NCBI GenBank assembly: GCA_021788365.1
Contig: JAJYKS010000001.1
Coordinates: forward strand, 3,887 to 67,886
Origin: a bacterium
Lineage (GTDB): Bacteria > Patescibacteriota > Microgenomatia > UBA1400 > UBA12108
Direction: 5' to 3'
DNA: 64,000 nt
Of this stretch, positions 39,270-52,134 are shown piece after piece; position 1 is the stretch's first letter; the number at the start of each line of letters is the position of its first letter. The notes below the pieces were generated by a model. The model saw only the letters and a list, made by a program, of their open reading frames with translations, did no database searches and was not told where the DNA came from. Made by a program: the position numbers and the translations under genes.

Positions 39270-42200
39270 GTGCGGTGCGAGCGGCGGAACCAGAGGTAAA
39301 GCACCAGCGAGAGGAGAACCGCGAGAAGGACCACAAGTGGCCAGAACCACCAGTTGTTGATGAGTGCCTGGAGGTAATTATTTGTCGTGGCCCCCAGCAC
39401 GCTCCCCATAGATTCGGGTGAGGGTGAGGCGGAGGGGGTGGCGACGGTTTGTGCGCCTAAGACTTGTGGTGCAGGGAGAAATCCGGCAGCGGGAGCCCCA
39501 GGAGCAACTCCGGCGGCACCGGCTATGGCACCGGTCCCAACCTCGTTGGAATTACCACTACTATTACCGGCCCCGTCTTTGGCGCGGACGACAAAGTAAT
39601 ACGTGCCGGCACCGAGGCCGTTCACAGTGTAGGTGGTTACGTTGCCAACATTGGCACCATAGATATAGTTACCCGGAGCCGTGCCGTACCATAAGGTATA
39701 GGCGGAAGCGCCGGCGACGGCTGTCCAGCCAAGTGTAGCGGAGCCGGCGGCGGCGCCGGTTAGCGTGAGCGTGGGAGCGGCAGGAGCAGTACGGTCTACC
39801 GTCAGGGTGACGGAGGCGTCTTTACTATGTCCCTCGCCGTCAAAGGCGATGACTTTGACGTTCCAGTCACCTTCAGCGGTCAACTGATCGATGGTGTAGC
39901 TACGAACATCGCTACCCACTGAGGCAGAGTGGAACGTATCGCCAAGCTTCCACTCGACTACGTAGTGGTCTATGCCCACATTGTCGGTTGCGGCGTCCCA
40001 TTTGACGGTCGCGGTCGTTCCGCTGGTCGGGTTTGGTGAGACGGAGACATTCTGGGGGCCATTCGTGAGCTCGGTCGCGTCGTACCGAATATTCTTGATG
40101 CCCGTGTCACTCCAGTTATCGGCCAAATCTTCGGCGCGATAGTAAAGGACGTGGCCGCCCTCTCCTGGAGTAAGGAACGGAGCGGTGTAGGTGGTCCAGG
40201 CTCCGGCCTCACTATCCCACTGGTACTGGATAGTCTGAATGTTGTTTACATCTGTCGCTGTGAGGGTAATCGTCGGATTTGTGACAAACCATCCGTTGCC
40301 TCCGTCGGGACTAGCGGGACTTGTAGCCAGCGCAACCTCGGGAATGGTATGGTCGTAGACCACGGTGAGGGTGTAGGTATTTTCGACGTTGCCGGCGAGG
40401 TCGGTCGCGTGGGATTTGAGCGTGTAGCTACCCTCTCCCGGGGAAGTCAAACCGTCATAGTACCACGTGCCACCCTCACTATTGTAGGTTGCAGGAAGAA
40501 GTATCTCTCCTTCGCTATCTACAAATGACTCACCGTCGAAATATTGTCCCGCGGAATTTTCGATCGAGATATTTACCCCGGTGACTCCACTAAGGTTGTC
40601 GGTGGCTGTTCCCTGGATGGAGCCGGTCCAACTATTGGTATAGACGGTGCTACCAGATCCCTCGTTGGTGGGGAAAGTGATGACACTGGTGGGCGCGGTA
40701 TTGTCGACGGTCACCGTTTTGGTCGTGACTGACCCGGCGTTTTTGTTTCCGGCGGCGTCACGTGCCTCGAGATCGATAGTATAGGTTCCGTCGCTGACGC
40801 CGAGGGTATTCCAGGTGAAGAGTAATTTGTTTACGAACGAGTTTGTGTCGGAAACGGTTCCTGGACCGGCGACAACATGGTTCGTAGAATTTGTAATAAC
40901 CGTATAGTAATGGTCGGGATTGGCGTCTTGGACGCTGCCACGAATGTCTACAGAGCCGCGAAGGAGAGAAATTACAGGGGCGGTGAGTGAAACGGTGGGG
41001 GCGGTGTGGTCGTACGTGACGACAAAGGGACTCGAATATGTGGAGCAGTTACCGGCGGCGTCGCAGGCACTAAACGCAAAGTAGTGCGTCCCCTCCCCCT
41101 GAGAGAAATGATCGTTATATACCCCCAAAGAACTGGAGTACGCACTAAGGTTGGTTGGATTCCATGGTGTTCCGATTTTGTAAACTGAACCGGTAATGTT
41201 ATTCCAATACTTTAGCTGGTAGCGGGTTGTGTCGGGTGAGGAGGAGAGGTTAAAAGTAAAGGTGGATGAACTGGTATATCCGTTTGGTGGCACGCTAATG
41301 CTATTTGCGGTGAGCGTGGCTGTTGGGATAACGGGCGCAACAGTGTCCAAAGTAACATTCCAGATTGGACTCCAGGCGCTCACGTTTCCGGCTGCATCAA
41401 TCGCTCTCACTTGCCAGTACCAAGTTCCGTCTGGTGCCCCCGAAGAGTGGATCATGTTGGTGGGGAGTACTCCGGAATGCCATAAACCAGTGGTCAATAT
41501 TCCCCCCACCTGGGTAGGGTTCATTGATGACTGAAATTCGTACGTAATCGGAGAAATATCCGACGAAGCGTTCCAGTTGAAATCAAAATTGTTTGTCGGG
41601 ATGGTCGTTCCGTTGGGTGTACCATTTGTGGGTACGGTGGGTGCGGTTCCGTCAATGGTTACTGCCCAAGGTCCAGACCAGTCACTACAATTGTCAGCGC
41701 TATCACATGCCTGTACTTGCCAGTAGTAGAGATGGTCAGCAGAACCCGAAGCGTTTATTTGTGAGACTGTTCCAGTATTTGCATTGTAAATCGGTGACGA
41801 TAAGCTGTTGTGTGCACCTGTAGCAGGGTTGTAAGAGGATTGATAACGATAAGTTACGGGCAGATTTAGGCTATCACTATCTGTCCAGTCGAGGAACAGA
41901 CCGGTTGGTTGTACGTGAGATCCATCTGCGGGACTAACCAAGTTAGGGACAGCTGGGGTAACATTGCTTGAAGAATCACTAAAGTTGTCGATCAAGAAAC
42001 CTTTACCACTATCGGCTGAGGTAGCGGTGCCACTCTCACGGAATAAGACGGTTTTGACAATTCGGGGACTTGGCTCAGCAGAAGCTTCGCTGTCATATCG
42101 ATAGTAGTTTTCCCACGAGGTGCCCGTATGCACGAGCGACCCGTCAACATAAACTTTCACAACATCGTTAGAAGGACCCTCTACAAAGTCCATCACAAAT

Positions 42201-44122
42201 TTGAAGGTATGGGGGATTGTACGATCCAGCCCTGAAGCAATTTGGGTTCCGACAAAATTGGCGGGATTAGACGTTCCTTGAACATCGTAAAAATAAACAT
42301 CCAGTCCAGAACTACCGTCTACAACATTTAAGTAACTCATGCGCGAGCCATCGCCGCGGTCTGGTGAAATAGAGAGGTGCATTCCTGGTTGTTGGGCATT
42401 GGGGACAGCAGAGGCAATGTCGAATTGCGCCTCGTAATGATTTTGACGGGTGCCGAGCGCAAATGAACCACTAGTAGCAGAGGTTTCCCCGGCACCATTC
42501 GCCGTAGGTGGGGCAAAAATTTGATCACCAAACGAGCCGCTGGTAATAGAGTCGGAGATACGCAAGGTTTTGCAACCAAAGCTAGGATAGCCATAGACGT
42601 TATCCACGACTGCTTGGTCATATGATCCGGTAATACTCCAGCCATTCTGACCATTGACTGAACCAAGTGTTGAAGTGTCGAAGCTGCCGGCGTTGCACGC
42701 AGGCATTGTTGCAAAATTGAACGTCTGGCCACCGAAAATGGCTTGGCTAACCCAAGCGACTGTCCCATTGGAATTGTCATGATAGGCATTGCCCATGCCA
42801 AGACGGAGATAAGCTCTCACAACATTAAGTCCTGAGTATTCTGTAGCAAGCGTACCGAGGGATACTAAAGGATTCCCCGTAGTGTCTCCGGACATGTTAT
42901 TCCATTTCTGCCACATTCCTGCCGCTGCATTTACGGTATGCCAACCAGTTGGATTTGAGGTTGGCACAAACTGGTAAGTTGTATTGTCAGATCTATCCCC
43001 AATAACTCCTGTGTCAATTTCAATTGTCATCCAGACGGGGAGAGTGCCATATTGATTCTGGACGTCGTAGCTCAACGTTTGTGAGGCAAAATTATTGATT
43101 GTATCTGTTAGTTGGAAGCCAAAAAGACCTTCGTCTTCATACACGTGATCGTTGGGATCAATAGTAAGTCCGGCTTTAATAATGCCAGCTTCTCGACCAT
43201 CATAAATGGTTGTAGTACCCGGAGACCCAGCGACATATCCATTATTTGGACCGTAATAGGCAGAGTAAACTCCACCGCCACCGGGTGCGGCATAGTTAGG
43301 CTGTAAGTTTGTCACTACAAAAATCGTGAAGTGGGTGAGGCCGGGGATGGTGACAATGGATGGGACGGCGGAGACGCTCGCTGCGGAGGTAAAAGTTTTG
43401 CCATCTTCGGAATACTGGACGCCAACGTTGGTTTTCTGTGAGGGGTTGGGGAGGGTGAGATTGTAGGTGAAGGAGCCATCACTCATCGTAGAGGTGATCT
43501 CATAGGCGGTCGACGTGAGCGCTCCCGATTCTTTTACCTGTGCGTCAGTTAGAGTTATTTCGTGAAAAGTAATGGTACCAGGAGTGGCGGGGAGCGAAGT
43601 AAAAGAGACGGAAACATCTTGATTAAATGGAGCGTGATAGGTGGCGCCGGTTACTAGGTCACCATAGGTCGCTGGGTCAGCGAGCCATGCAGTTTCGGAT
43701 GCGGTGAGATCTAGGCTAGAAGAGGTAGGAGTCGCCACGAGGCGAAGGGTGGAGCCATCAACGACAAAATACTGGGCAGTGGTGCCGGTCTTGAAGATAC
43801 CGCGCTCGACTGTTTCGGGCGTACCTACCCCTGCTGACTTTGTTCCGGCATAGACGGTCGCGGGTAGAGTTCCCTGCACCCCATCCATTTTTGTCGGTGT
43901 TTGGTAGTACAAATAATAGTTAGCGCCGGTGGGGCCGGAAAGCGTAAAGTCGTGAGCATCTGCACCATAGCTCACGCTCGGCGAGGAATCGGCCGCCATA
44001 ACCGGAGTTGCTAGAAGAAAGGCTGGAGCTATCGAATTGAAAATGGTGGCAAGAATGAGCAGACAACTGAGTGTGAAACGCGAAAAAAATCGATGAAAAC
44101 CCCGTACCATTCTGCTGTTCAT
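39266..44122 (-). CDS. large cell-surface protein with Ig-like and FN3 repeats
   Basis: Signal peptide, repeated A.D.AGN and D.TAP motifs, YYWQV.A.D, C-terminal TM with RRSHRT tail. Start placed at ATG 44122. Confidence 0.85.
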   Translation of the reverse strand: MNSRMVRGFHRFFSRFTLSCLLILATIFNSIAPAFLLATPVMAADSSPSVSYGADAHDFTLSGPTGANYYLYYQTPTKMDGVQGTLPATVYAGTKSAGVGTPETVERGIFKTGTTAQYFVVDGSTLRLVATPTSSSLDLTASETAWLADPATYGDLVTGATYHAPFNQDVSVSFTSLPATPGTITFHEITLTDAQVKESGALTSTAYEITSTMSDGSFTYNLTLPNPSQKTNVGVQYSEDGKTFTSAASVSAVPSIVTIPGLTHFTIFVVTNLQPNYAAPGGGGVYSAYYGPNNGYVAGSPGTTTIYDGREAGIIKAGLTIDPNDHVYEDEGLFGFQLTDTINNFASQTLSYDVQNQYGTLPVWMTIEIDTGVIGDRSDNTTYQFVPTSNPTGWHTVNAAAGMWQKWNNMSGDTTGNPLVSLGTLATEYSGLNVVRAYLRLGMGNAYHDNSNGTVAWVSQAIFGGQTFNFATMPACNAGSFDTSTLGSVNGQNGWSITGSYDQAVVDNVYGYPSFGCKTLRISDSITSGSFGDQIFAPPTANGAGETSATSGSFALGTRQNHYEAQFDIASAVPNAQQPGMHLSISPDRGDGSRMSYLNVVDGSSGLDVYFYDVQGTSNPANFVGTQIASGLDRTIPHTFKFVMDFVEGPSNDVVKVYVDGSLVHTGTSWENYYRYDSEASAEPSPRIVKTVLFRESGTATSADSGKGFLIDNFSDSSSNVTPAVPNLVSPADGSHVQPTGLFLDWTDSDSLNLPVTYRYQSSYNPATGAHNSLSSPIYNANTGTVSQINASGSADHLYYWQVQACDSADNCSDWSGPWAVTIDGTAPTVPTNGTPNGTTIPTNNFDFNWNASSDISPITYEFQSSMNPTQVGGILTTGLWHSGVLPTNMIHSSGAPDGTWYWQVRAIDAAGNVSAWSPIWNVTLDTVAPVIPTATLTANSISVPPNGYTSSSTFTFNLSSSPDTTRYQLKYWNNITGSVYKIGTPWNPTNLSAYSSSLGVYNDHFSQGEGTHYFAFSACDAAGNCSTYSSPFVVTYDHTAPTVSLTAPVISLLRGSVDIRGSVQDANPDHYYTVITNSTNHVVAGPGTVSDTNSFVNKLLFTWNTLGVSDGTYTIDLEARDAAGNKNAGSVTTKTVTVDNTAPTSVITFPTNEGSGSTVYTNSWTGSIQGTATDNLSGVTGVNISIENSAGQYFDGESFVDSEGEILLPATYNSEGGTWYYDGLTSPGEGSYTLKSHATDLAGNVENTYTLTVVYDHTIPEVALATSPASPDGGNGWFVTNPTITLTATDVNNIQTIQYQWDSEAGAWTTYTAPFLTPGEGGHVLYYRAEDLADNWSDTGIKNIRYDATELTNGPQNVSVSPNPTSGTTATVKWDAATDNVGIDHYVVEWKLGDTFHSASVGSDVRSYTIDQLTAEGDWNVKVIAFDGEGHSKDASVTLTVDRTAPAAPTLTLTGAAAGSATLGWTAVAGASAYTLWYGTAPGNYIYGANVGNVTTYTVNGLGAGTYYFVVRAKDGAGNSSGNSNEVGTGAIAGAAGVAPGAPAAGFLPAPQVLGAQTVATPSASPSPESMGSVLGATTNNYLQALINNWWFWPLVVLLAVLLSLVLYLWFRRSHRT

Positions 44123-44237
44123 TAAAACTCTCTTGGGCAGATTACTATTTATCGTCTGCGACAAGTATACACCTTTGTGCAACCCTCATAGCAACTACTA
44201 TAATCTTGATAGCTTCCGATATACTTCAGAGACTTAC

Positions 44238-44262
44238 AAAAAATCCCCCTTGCGGGGGATGT
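44238..44262 (-). terminator. terminator downstream of 5S rRNA
   Basis: ATCCCCC-GCAA-GGGGGAT plus T-run on the minus strand. Confidence 0.75.
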
Positions 44263-44286
44263 TCTATTCATTGGCGACACTATTGC

Positions 44287-44403
44287 TCCGGCAATGACCT
44301 ATTTTCGCGGTGGGTTGCCCCACAACTATCGTCGGCGCTTTCGCGTTTCACGACTCTGTTCGGAATGGGAAGAGGTGGGACCACGAGGCTCCAATCACCG
44401 GAA
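44287..44403 (-). rRNA. rrf: 5S rRNA
   Basis: CCCATTCCGAAC...GTGAA...GCCGACGATAGT core; termini pair and extend into a flanking stem. Confidence 0.95.
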
Positions 44404-44843
44404 CAATACTGTCGCCAATGTTAATGTACTAACCCACGCCGCTACGCAAGCGGCGGGGTTTAATGGACGTTGTCCATTAAAAAGTGAAGAGTAAGATTGC
44501 AGTATCAAACTACTCGTTTGATCATGCGTCTCGTCCGAAGGACGAGCCGTCAATCACCATAATAAATTATGATGTTGGCGGACGGGTTAGCTAAACACTT
44601 TGCAGTGCGTACACTTCCCGCCGATAACCTGGTGGTCTCCCAGGGATCTATCGTCCACCCGAAGGTGGACAAGGAATCCTTATCTTGGGGTATGTTTCCC
44701 GCTTAGATGCTTTCAGCGGTTATCATGTATCAACGTAGCTACTCTGCGATGCGCCTGACGGCTACAACAGAAACACTAGCGGTTGACTCACTCCGGTCCT
44801 CTCGTACTAAGAGCGACTCCCCTCAAGATTCCAACGCTGGTAA

Positions 44844-44886
<43 letters not shown>

Positions 44887-44914
44887 ACGTAGCGCTTTAA
44901 TGGGCGAACAGACC

Positions 44915-44945
<31 letters not shown>

Positions 44946-44957
44946 CGCTGAGCCGAC

Positions 44958-45251
44958 CAAAAACCTGATGTAGATAGAAATTATTGGTTGCGTCACGTAT
45001 TACTACGTGTTTGGACTATATCTTTATCACGGATATTCTTGTATTCCACGAATATCGTATGAATGTTGGCGTATGAATGCAGTATCTTCCGCATTCTCAT
45101 GCTGCAGGACGCAGCAATCAGTCTCTACGGGGTCTCATACTATCTATTTCTAGAAGGTATTCGACTTCCCACGGGGTTGACCTTAATTGTTCAAGTTAAG
45201 GCTTTCTCCGTTATTAGCCAAATTTACCCTCGACATGTTTGGGTGTTGTCT
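44958..45251 (-). mobile_element. group I intron (294 nt, no credible ORF) after 23S U2504 (E. coli numbering)
   Basis: Interrupts CCTCGAT^GTCGGCTC; IGS GTCGAGG; R element AGAGACTG; S element AAGATATAGTCC; ends in G. Confidence 0.9.
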
Positions 45252-45753
45252 ATCGAGGTAGCGAACTGCACCGTCGCTGTGGACGCTCAGGTGCAACTAC
45301 TCTGTTATCCCCGGAGTAGCTTTTATCCGATAAGCCCGGCACCTCCCACGAAGTGCACGAGGATCACTAGGTCCGACTTTCGTCTCTGCTTGACTTGTAG
45401 GTCTCACAGTCAGGCATCCTTTTGCCCTTGCACTATCATTCCGATTTCCATCCGGAATTAGGATACCTTTGCGCGCTTGCGGTACTCTTTAGCAAGCAAC
45501 CTCCCCAGTTAAACTGCCTCCCAGACAGTGTCCTCTCCCACGATCCAGTGGGATAAGTGAGAAACTCACGTTTCGAAGAGTGGTATTACATGATCGGCTT
45601 GCGCCTCCCACCTATGCTACACAGTCAAAACATAAATCTCAGTGTCAAGGTACAGTAAAGCTTCACGGGGTCTTTTTGTCCTGTTACCAGTAGGCCGCAT
45701 CTTCACAGCCATTTCAATTTCGCCGAGTCCCCCCTCAAGACAGTCTCGAAGTT

Positions 45754-46402
<649 letters not shown>

Positions 46403-48560
46403 ACCATAGAACAGTTATAGTTACTGCTGCCGTTCACCGGGGCTTCGATCAAAGGCTATCCCGAACAAGTCGGGGTTACCCTCTCAATTAACCTTCCGGC
46501 ACTGGGCAGGCCTCAGCCCGTATACGTTGACTTGCGTCTTCGCACAGACCTGTGTTTTTGTTAAACAGTCACTTCGAGTTATTTATCTGCGTTCCATACA
46601 TTGATACAAGTACCAACATACAGAATAGGCATCTCCCTAAGTTACGCCTAGTTGATTTGCCGAGTTCCTTAAGGGAGGTTCTCTCGCTCACCTTGGTATT
46701 CTCTACCAGTTCACCTGTGTCGGTTTGCGGTACGGATATAGAACATTCTCGTTGCGAAGGTTTTCTTGGATCTAGAAAGTGGGCAGAGTCACCGCGGCCG
46801 AAACCGCAATTCCCCATCACGCCTCGGGTCATAACGCCGGCTACGGATTTGCCAATAGCCAACTACCTTAACGCTTGGACGCCAATTCAATAAGACGCCC
46901 TGCTCTTCCCTGACCGTCACTCCCCAACTAATAATGAACGCCCTATAGGACCGGAATATCAACCGGTAATCCATCGGCTACGCCGGCATTACACCAGCCT
47001 CACCTTAGGGCCGCCTCACCCCACGTCGACGAACGTTGCGTGGGAAACCTTGAACATTCGGTGTGGAGGATTCTCACCTCCATCTCGCTACTCATCCCGC
47101 CATTCTCACTTCTAACCGCTCCACCGCAGCTTACACTGCGACTTCACCGCTGTTAGAACGCTCCCCTACCAGTCATCTCGAATAAATTCGAGATAAATCC
47201 GCAATTTCGGTACATAGCTTGAGCCTCGATGAGTCTTCGGCGCCACTATCCATCGACTAGTGAGCTGTTACGCTTTCTTTCAAGGATGGCTGCTTCTGAG
47301 CCGACCTCCTAGCTGTTTATGGACAATGACTTCCTTGAACCACTTAGCTATGATTTAGAGACCTTAATTGGCGATCTGGGGTGTTTCCCTTTTGTGCCTG
47401 GAACTTAGCTCCCAGGCGCTGACTCCCGAGATAAACATGCGCAGTATTCGGAGTTTGATAAAGTGAAGCGCCTTGCGACGCCGCACCTTTTCAGTGCTCT
47501 ACCCCCACCCATGCATTACTCGAGGCTATACCTAAATATATTTCGGGGAGAACCAGCTATCTCCGGGTTCGATTGGTATATTGCCTCTAACCACAAGTCC
47601 TCCAAGACTTTTGCAGCAGTCACTGGTTCGGCCCTTCCCCCAATTTTACTTGGGGTTCAGCCTGCTCATGGTTAGCTCACTCCGGTTTCGGGTCTTGGCC
47701 ACACTGCTTGACGGACTATTCATCCTCGCTTTCACTACGCCTCCGTGACGATATCACTTAGACTAGCAGTATAGGCAAACTCGACGGGTCATTCTTCAAT
47801 AGGCACGACATCATCCCTTGCGGGACTTTGTCTGTTTGTTAGCACACAGTTTCAGGTACTATTTCATTGGGTGTCTCACCCTTCTTTTCACCTTTCCCTC
47901 ACGGTACTCGTTCACTATCGGTCATATTGTGTATTTAGCCTTACCCCGTGGTCGGGGTAGATTCCGCAGGGAGTTTGCCGTCTCCCAACGTACTCAGGTG
48001 CCAAATTAACGTTAGCTTGATTTCGTATACGAGATTTTCACTCTCTATGATCACCTATTCCACGGTGTTCTACTATCTTGCCAACATCGTATATCTGGTC
48101 CTACAACACCATAATAAATTATGGTTTGGGCTATTCCCTGTTCGCTCACCGCTTACTAAGGGAATCTCATTCGATTTCTTTTCCTTCGGTTACTTAGATG
48201 TTTCAGTTCACCGAGTTACCCACCCTAGATAAATCCAGGGTTCCGCACTATTGCTAGTGCAGGGATTACTCCATTCGGACACCGCCGGGTCACAGGATCG
48301 AGACTCCTCACCGACGACTTTCGCGGTCTTGTGCGTCCTTCTTCGGCACAATATGCCAAGGCATCCACTGTATGCTTTATTTGAGTAGCTTGATACAAAA
48401 TTCAATTCAATTCAAATTTTAGATGCTTTTCCTACTCTTCACTTGTTAATGTGCAACCTCTCGATTTTACTCGAGGTCATCAGGTATCTTGCGATACTTG
48501 AAAGACGAGAGCTTGAAAGCTCAGTTTTGCATTACTGAACTTTCAAACATGTCGTTTGTG

Positions 48561-48633
48561 TGGACCGTGCCGGGCTCGAACCGGCCACCTCTTCATTGCA
48601 AATGAAGTGCTCTACCAGATGAGCTAACGGCCC
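48561..48633 (-). tRNA. tRNA-Ala(TGC), CCA not encoded
   Basis: Cloverleaf GGGCCGT...CTTCA-TTTGCAA-TGAAG...GGTTCGAG; G3:U70 pair. Confidence 0.96.
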
Positions 48634-48829
48634 TCCTTCGCTAAAGCTACGGAGGGCAAAGCCCGTCTTAGCTTACGAGGTACGATCTCTATTAAAGGTG
48701 CGAAGGGATTAAAAATCCCGCTCAGGCGGGACTTCACACGAGATACAAATGACGGCTAAAAAGGCGAGGTAGGTGGGACTATGTAGCGCGTTGTTTGCAT
48801 AAAGTGGAATTGACTCCCGAGCGGACGTA

Positions 48830-48859
48830 ATTGTAACCTACATATACCCTAGCGGTCAA
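48830..48859 (-). promoter_or_regulatory. promoter of the tRNA-Ala-23S-5S unit (TTGACC-N18-TACAAT)
   Basis: Hexamer match upstream of tRNA-Ala. Confidence 0.6.
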
Positions 48860-48894
48860 GGGGGGGAACGTGATAAAATCCACACTGTTGTTTT

Positions 48895-48968
48895 GGGCGA
48901 TTAGCTCAGCTGGTTAGAGCGCAGTCCTGATAAGACTGAGGTGCATGGTTCGACTCCATGATCGCCCA
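48895..48968 (+). tRNA. tRNA-Ile(GAT), opposite strand to the rRNAs, CCA not encoded
   Basis: GGGCGATTAGCTCAGCTGGTTAGAGCG-CAGTC-CTGATAA-GACTG...GGTTCGACTCC...TCGCCCA. Confidence 0.96.
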
Positions 48969-48980
48969 CCGATATGGCAG

Positions 48981-49451
48981 TTACTGTTTCCCCTGTGTGA
49001 TATCTGCAAGAACTTCTTTGGCGTGGGTGACAGGGTTTACCTTTTCGTAGACTTTGTAAATAATTCCTTGTGGATTTATGAGGAATGACGTTCGAGCCGT
49101 TCCTATATAGGTGCGACCCATAAATTTTTTCTCACCCCACACACCATAGTCGGCGACCGTCTTTTTCTCTGTGTCTGCTAGGAGAATAAAGGGAAGATTA
49201 AACTTGCGTGCAAATTTTTTATGACTTGCGACTGAGTCAGTACTGACGCCCAAAACGACGCAGGTGTGTTTGTCAAAGGTGGGAAAACTGTCGCGTAGAG
49301 AGCATGCCTCGGTAGTGCAGCCCGGTGTGTTGTCTTTGGGATAGAAATACACGAGAACCCATTGGCCTTTGTACTGGGAGAGGGATCGCGTTGTTCCATC
49401 TTGGTCAGCGAGCGTAATTTCTGGAGCAATGTCGCCGACTTTGAGTAGCAT
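48981..49451 (-). CDS. bcp: thioredoxin-dependent peroxiredoxin
   Basis: YFYPKDNTPGCTTEAC, GVSTDS, RTSFLI. Confidence 0.95.
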   Translation of the reverse strand: MLLKVGDIAPEITLADQDGTTRSLSQYKGQWVLVYFYPKDNTPGCTTEACSLRDSFPTFDKHTCVVLGVSTDSVASHKKFARKFNLPFILLADTEKKTVADYGVWGEKKFMGRTYIGTARTSFLINPQGIIYKVYEKVNPVTHAKEVLADITQGKQ

Positions 49452-49478
49452 ACTTACATTGTATCAGTAATTAGATAC

Positions 49479-49505
49479 AAAAAATCCCACGGGTTACGTG
49501 GGATT
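49479..49505 (-). terminator. terminator after 16S rRNA
   Basis: AATCCCACG-loop-CGTGGGATT plus T-run. Confidence 0.75.
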
Positions 49506-49663
49506 AGTTTGTTAGTACGTTTCGCGAAGTTCAACTTTTGCAAAGAGATGGTAGCACTCGAATTCTTTTAAGGTTCGGTTATGTTTAAACAGATAACCGA
49601 ACAAATGCTGTGGACGTATACAATTCCCCATACAGGGCGGGTCGTGATACCCTTTATACTCCT

Positions 49664-51155
<1,492 letters not shown>

Positions 51156-51412
51156 AGTTTGATTCCTAAAGAATTGCTCAAAAGAAAAACGGTACTACCA
51201 TCTCTTTGAAAAGTTGATAGATTTTTTTCCAATTTACTGCTAAAAAATTGACTATTGTTTGCGTACTATTGTTGTCTATTTATATGTTAAGGAGCGAGTA
51301 TATGTGAGGCCCTTCGACAAGCTCAGGGTCGTAGACACTAAAAAGCCCTGTCTCTGCAGGGCCTACCCTAAACGAGACATTAGGCAAAGTGTATTCACAT
51401 ATGTAGGATGCT

Positions 51413-51440
51413 ATTGTAACACGAAAACCGGAGGACGCAA
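51413..51440 (-). promoter_or_regulatory. 16S promoter (TTGCGT-N16-TACAAT), with boxA-like GCTCCTTAACA near 51285-51295
   Basis: Hexamer match with the 16-nt spacer typical of rrn promoters. Confidence 0.6.
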
Positions 51441-51459
51441 TATAGATACTGTACGATTA

Positions 51460-52134
51460 CTACTTTGTTCTGTAGTCCTTTCCTCCGTCTAGTATGGTCT
51501 GAACGTTCATGAGCAATCTAATCGATTCGGGCTGATGAACTCCAATGGTCGCTTTTTCTTCATCGATTCTTTTTGCAAGATTCTTAAGCGCAAGCATGTC
51601 GGCTGGCACATTACTTTTACTTGAAAAGTCGACGATATATGCAACAAAGCCCCACAGTTCACCAACCTTTAACTCGCCGACAACGGCTGTTGCTTGCAAC
51701 GTTGAAAATTTCTCCGACCTGTCCCGTAGCTGTATGGCAAACTGCAGGAATGGGTCGCGGTTATCTTGAACGCGATCGTCCGTTGATAGATTTCCTATAA
51801 TAGTTTCTGGTAGATCTTTAAGTGGGTGACGGATACCATCGCTTCCTGTAGATACATCGTCTAAAAGTGCGTTGAATATGACAGCGGTCACTCCTGGCTC
51901 GACTGTTGCTTCCTCATTATCCTTCCCCACCTCATGCATGACACTCAGCAATACATTAAAATCGACCCCTGCCCTGTTTAACGTTGCTAGTTTCTCCGTA
52001 TCTATGTTTTCATGAATTAGTGTTAACCCTCTGGGTGACCTCGGTTCTACTCCGGACTCTGGAGCCCTCGTCAAGATTGTTCTGGCAACAAACTTTTGTA
52101 CATTGGTTAATTCGCCAGTATCAATAATTGTCAT
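51460..52134 (-). CDS. hypothetical protein
   Basis: 224-aa ORF filling the gap and overlapping the galE stop; no motif recognised. Confidence 0.6.
   Translation of the reverse strand: MTIIDTGELTNVQKFVARTILTRAPESGVEPRSPRGLTLIHENIDTEKLATLNRAGVDFNVLLSVMHEVGKDNEEATVEPGVTAVIFNALLDDVSTGSDGIRHPLKDLPETIIGNLSTDDRVQDNRDPFLQFAIQLRDRSEKFSTLQATAVVGELKVGELWGFVAYIVDFSSKSNVPADMLALKNLAKRIDEEKATIGVHQPESIRLLMNVQTILDGGKDYRTK

Noticed and set aside
36113-44202. 12-bp direct repeat GCAACTACTATA (36113-36124 and 44191-44202) flanking the surface-protein block
   Set aside because: Chance 12-mer matches are common in 64 kb, both copies overlap promoter-like sequence, and no recombinase is present; too weak to call att sites.
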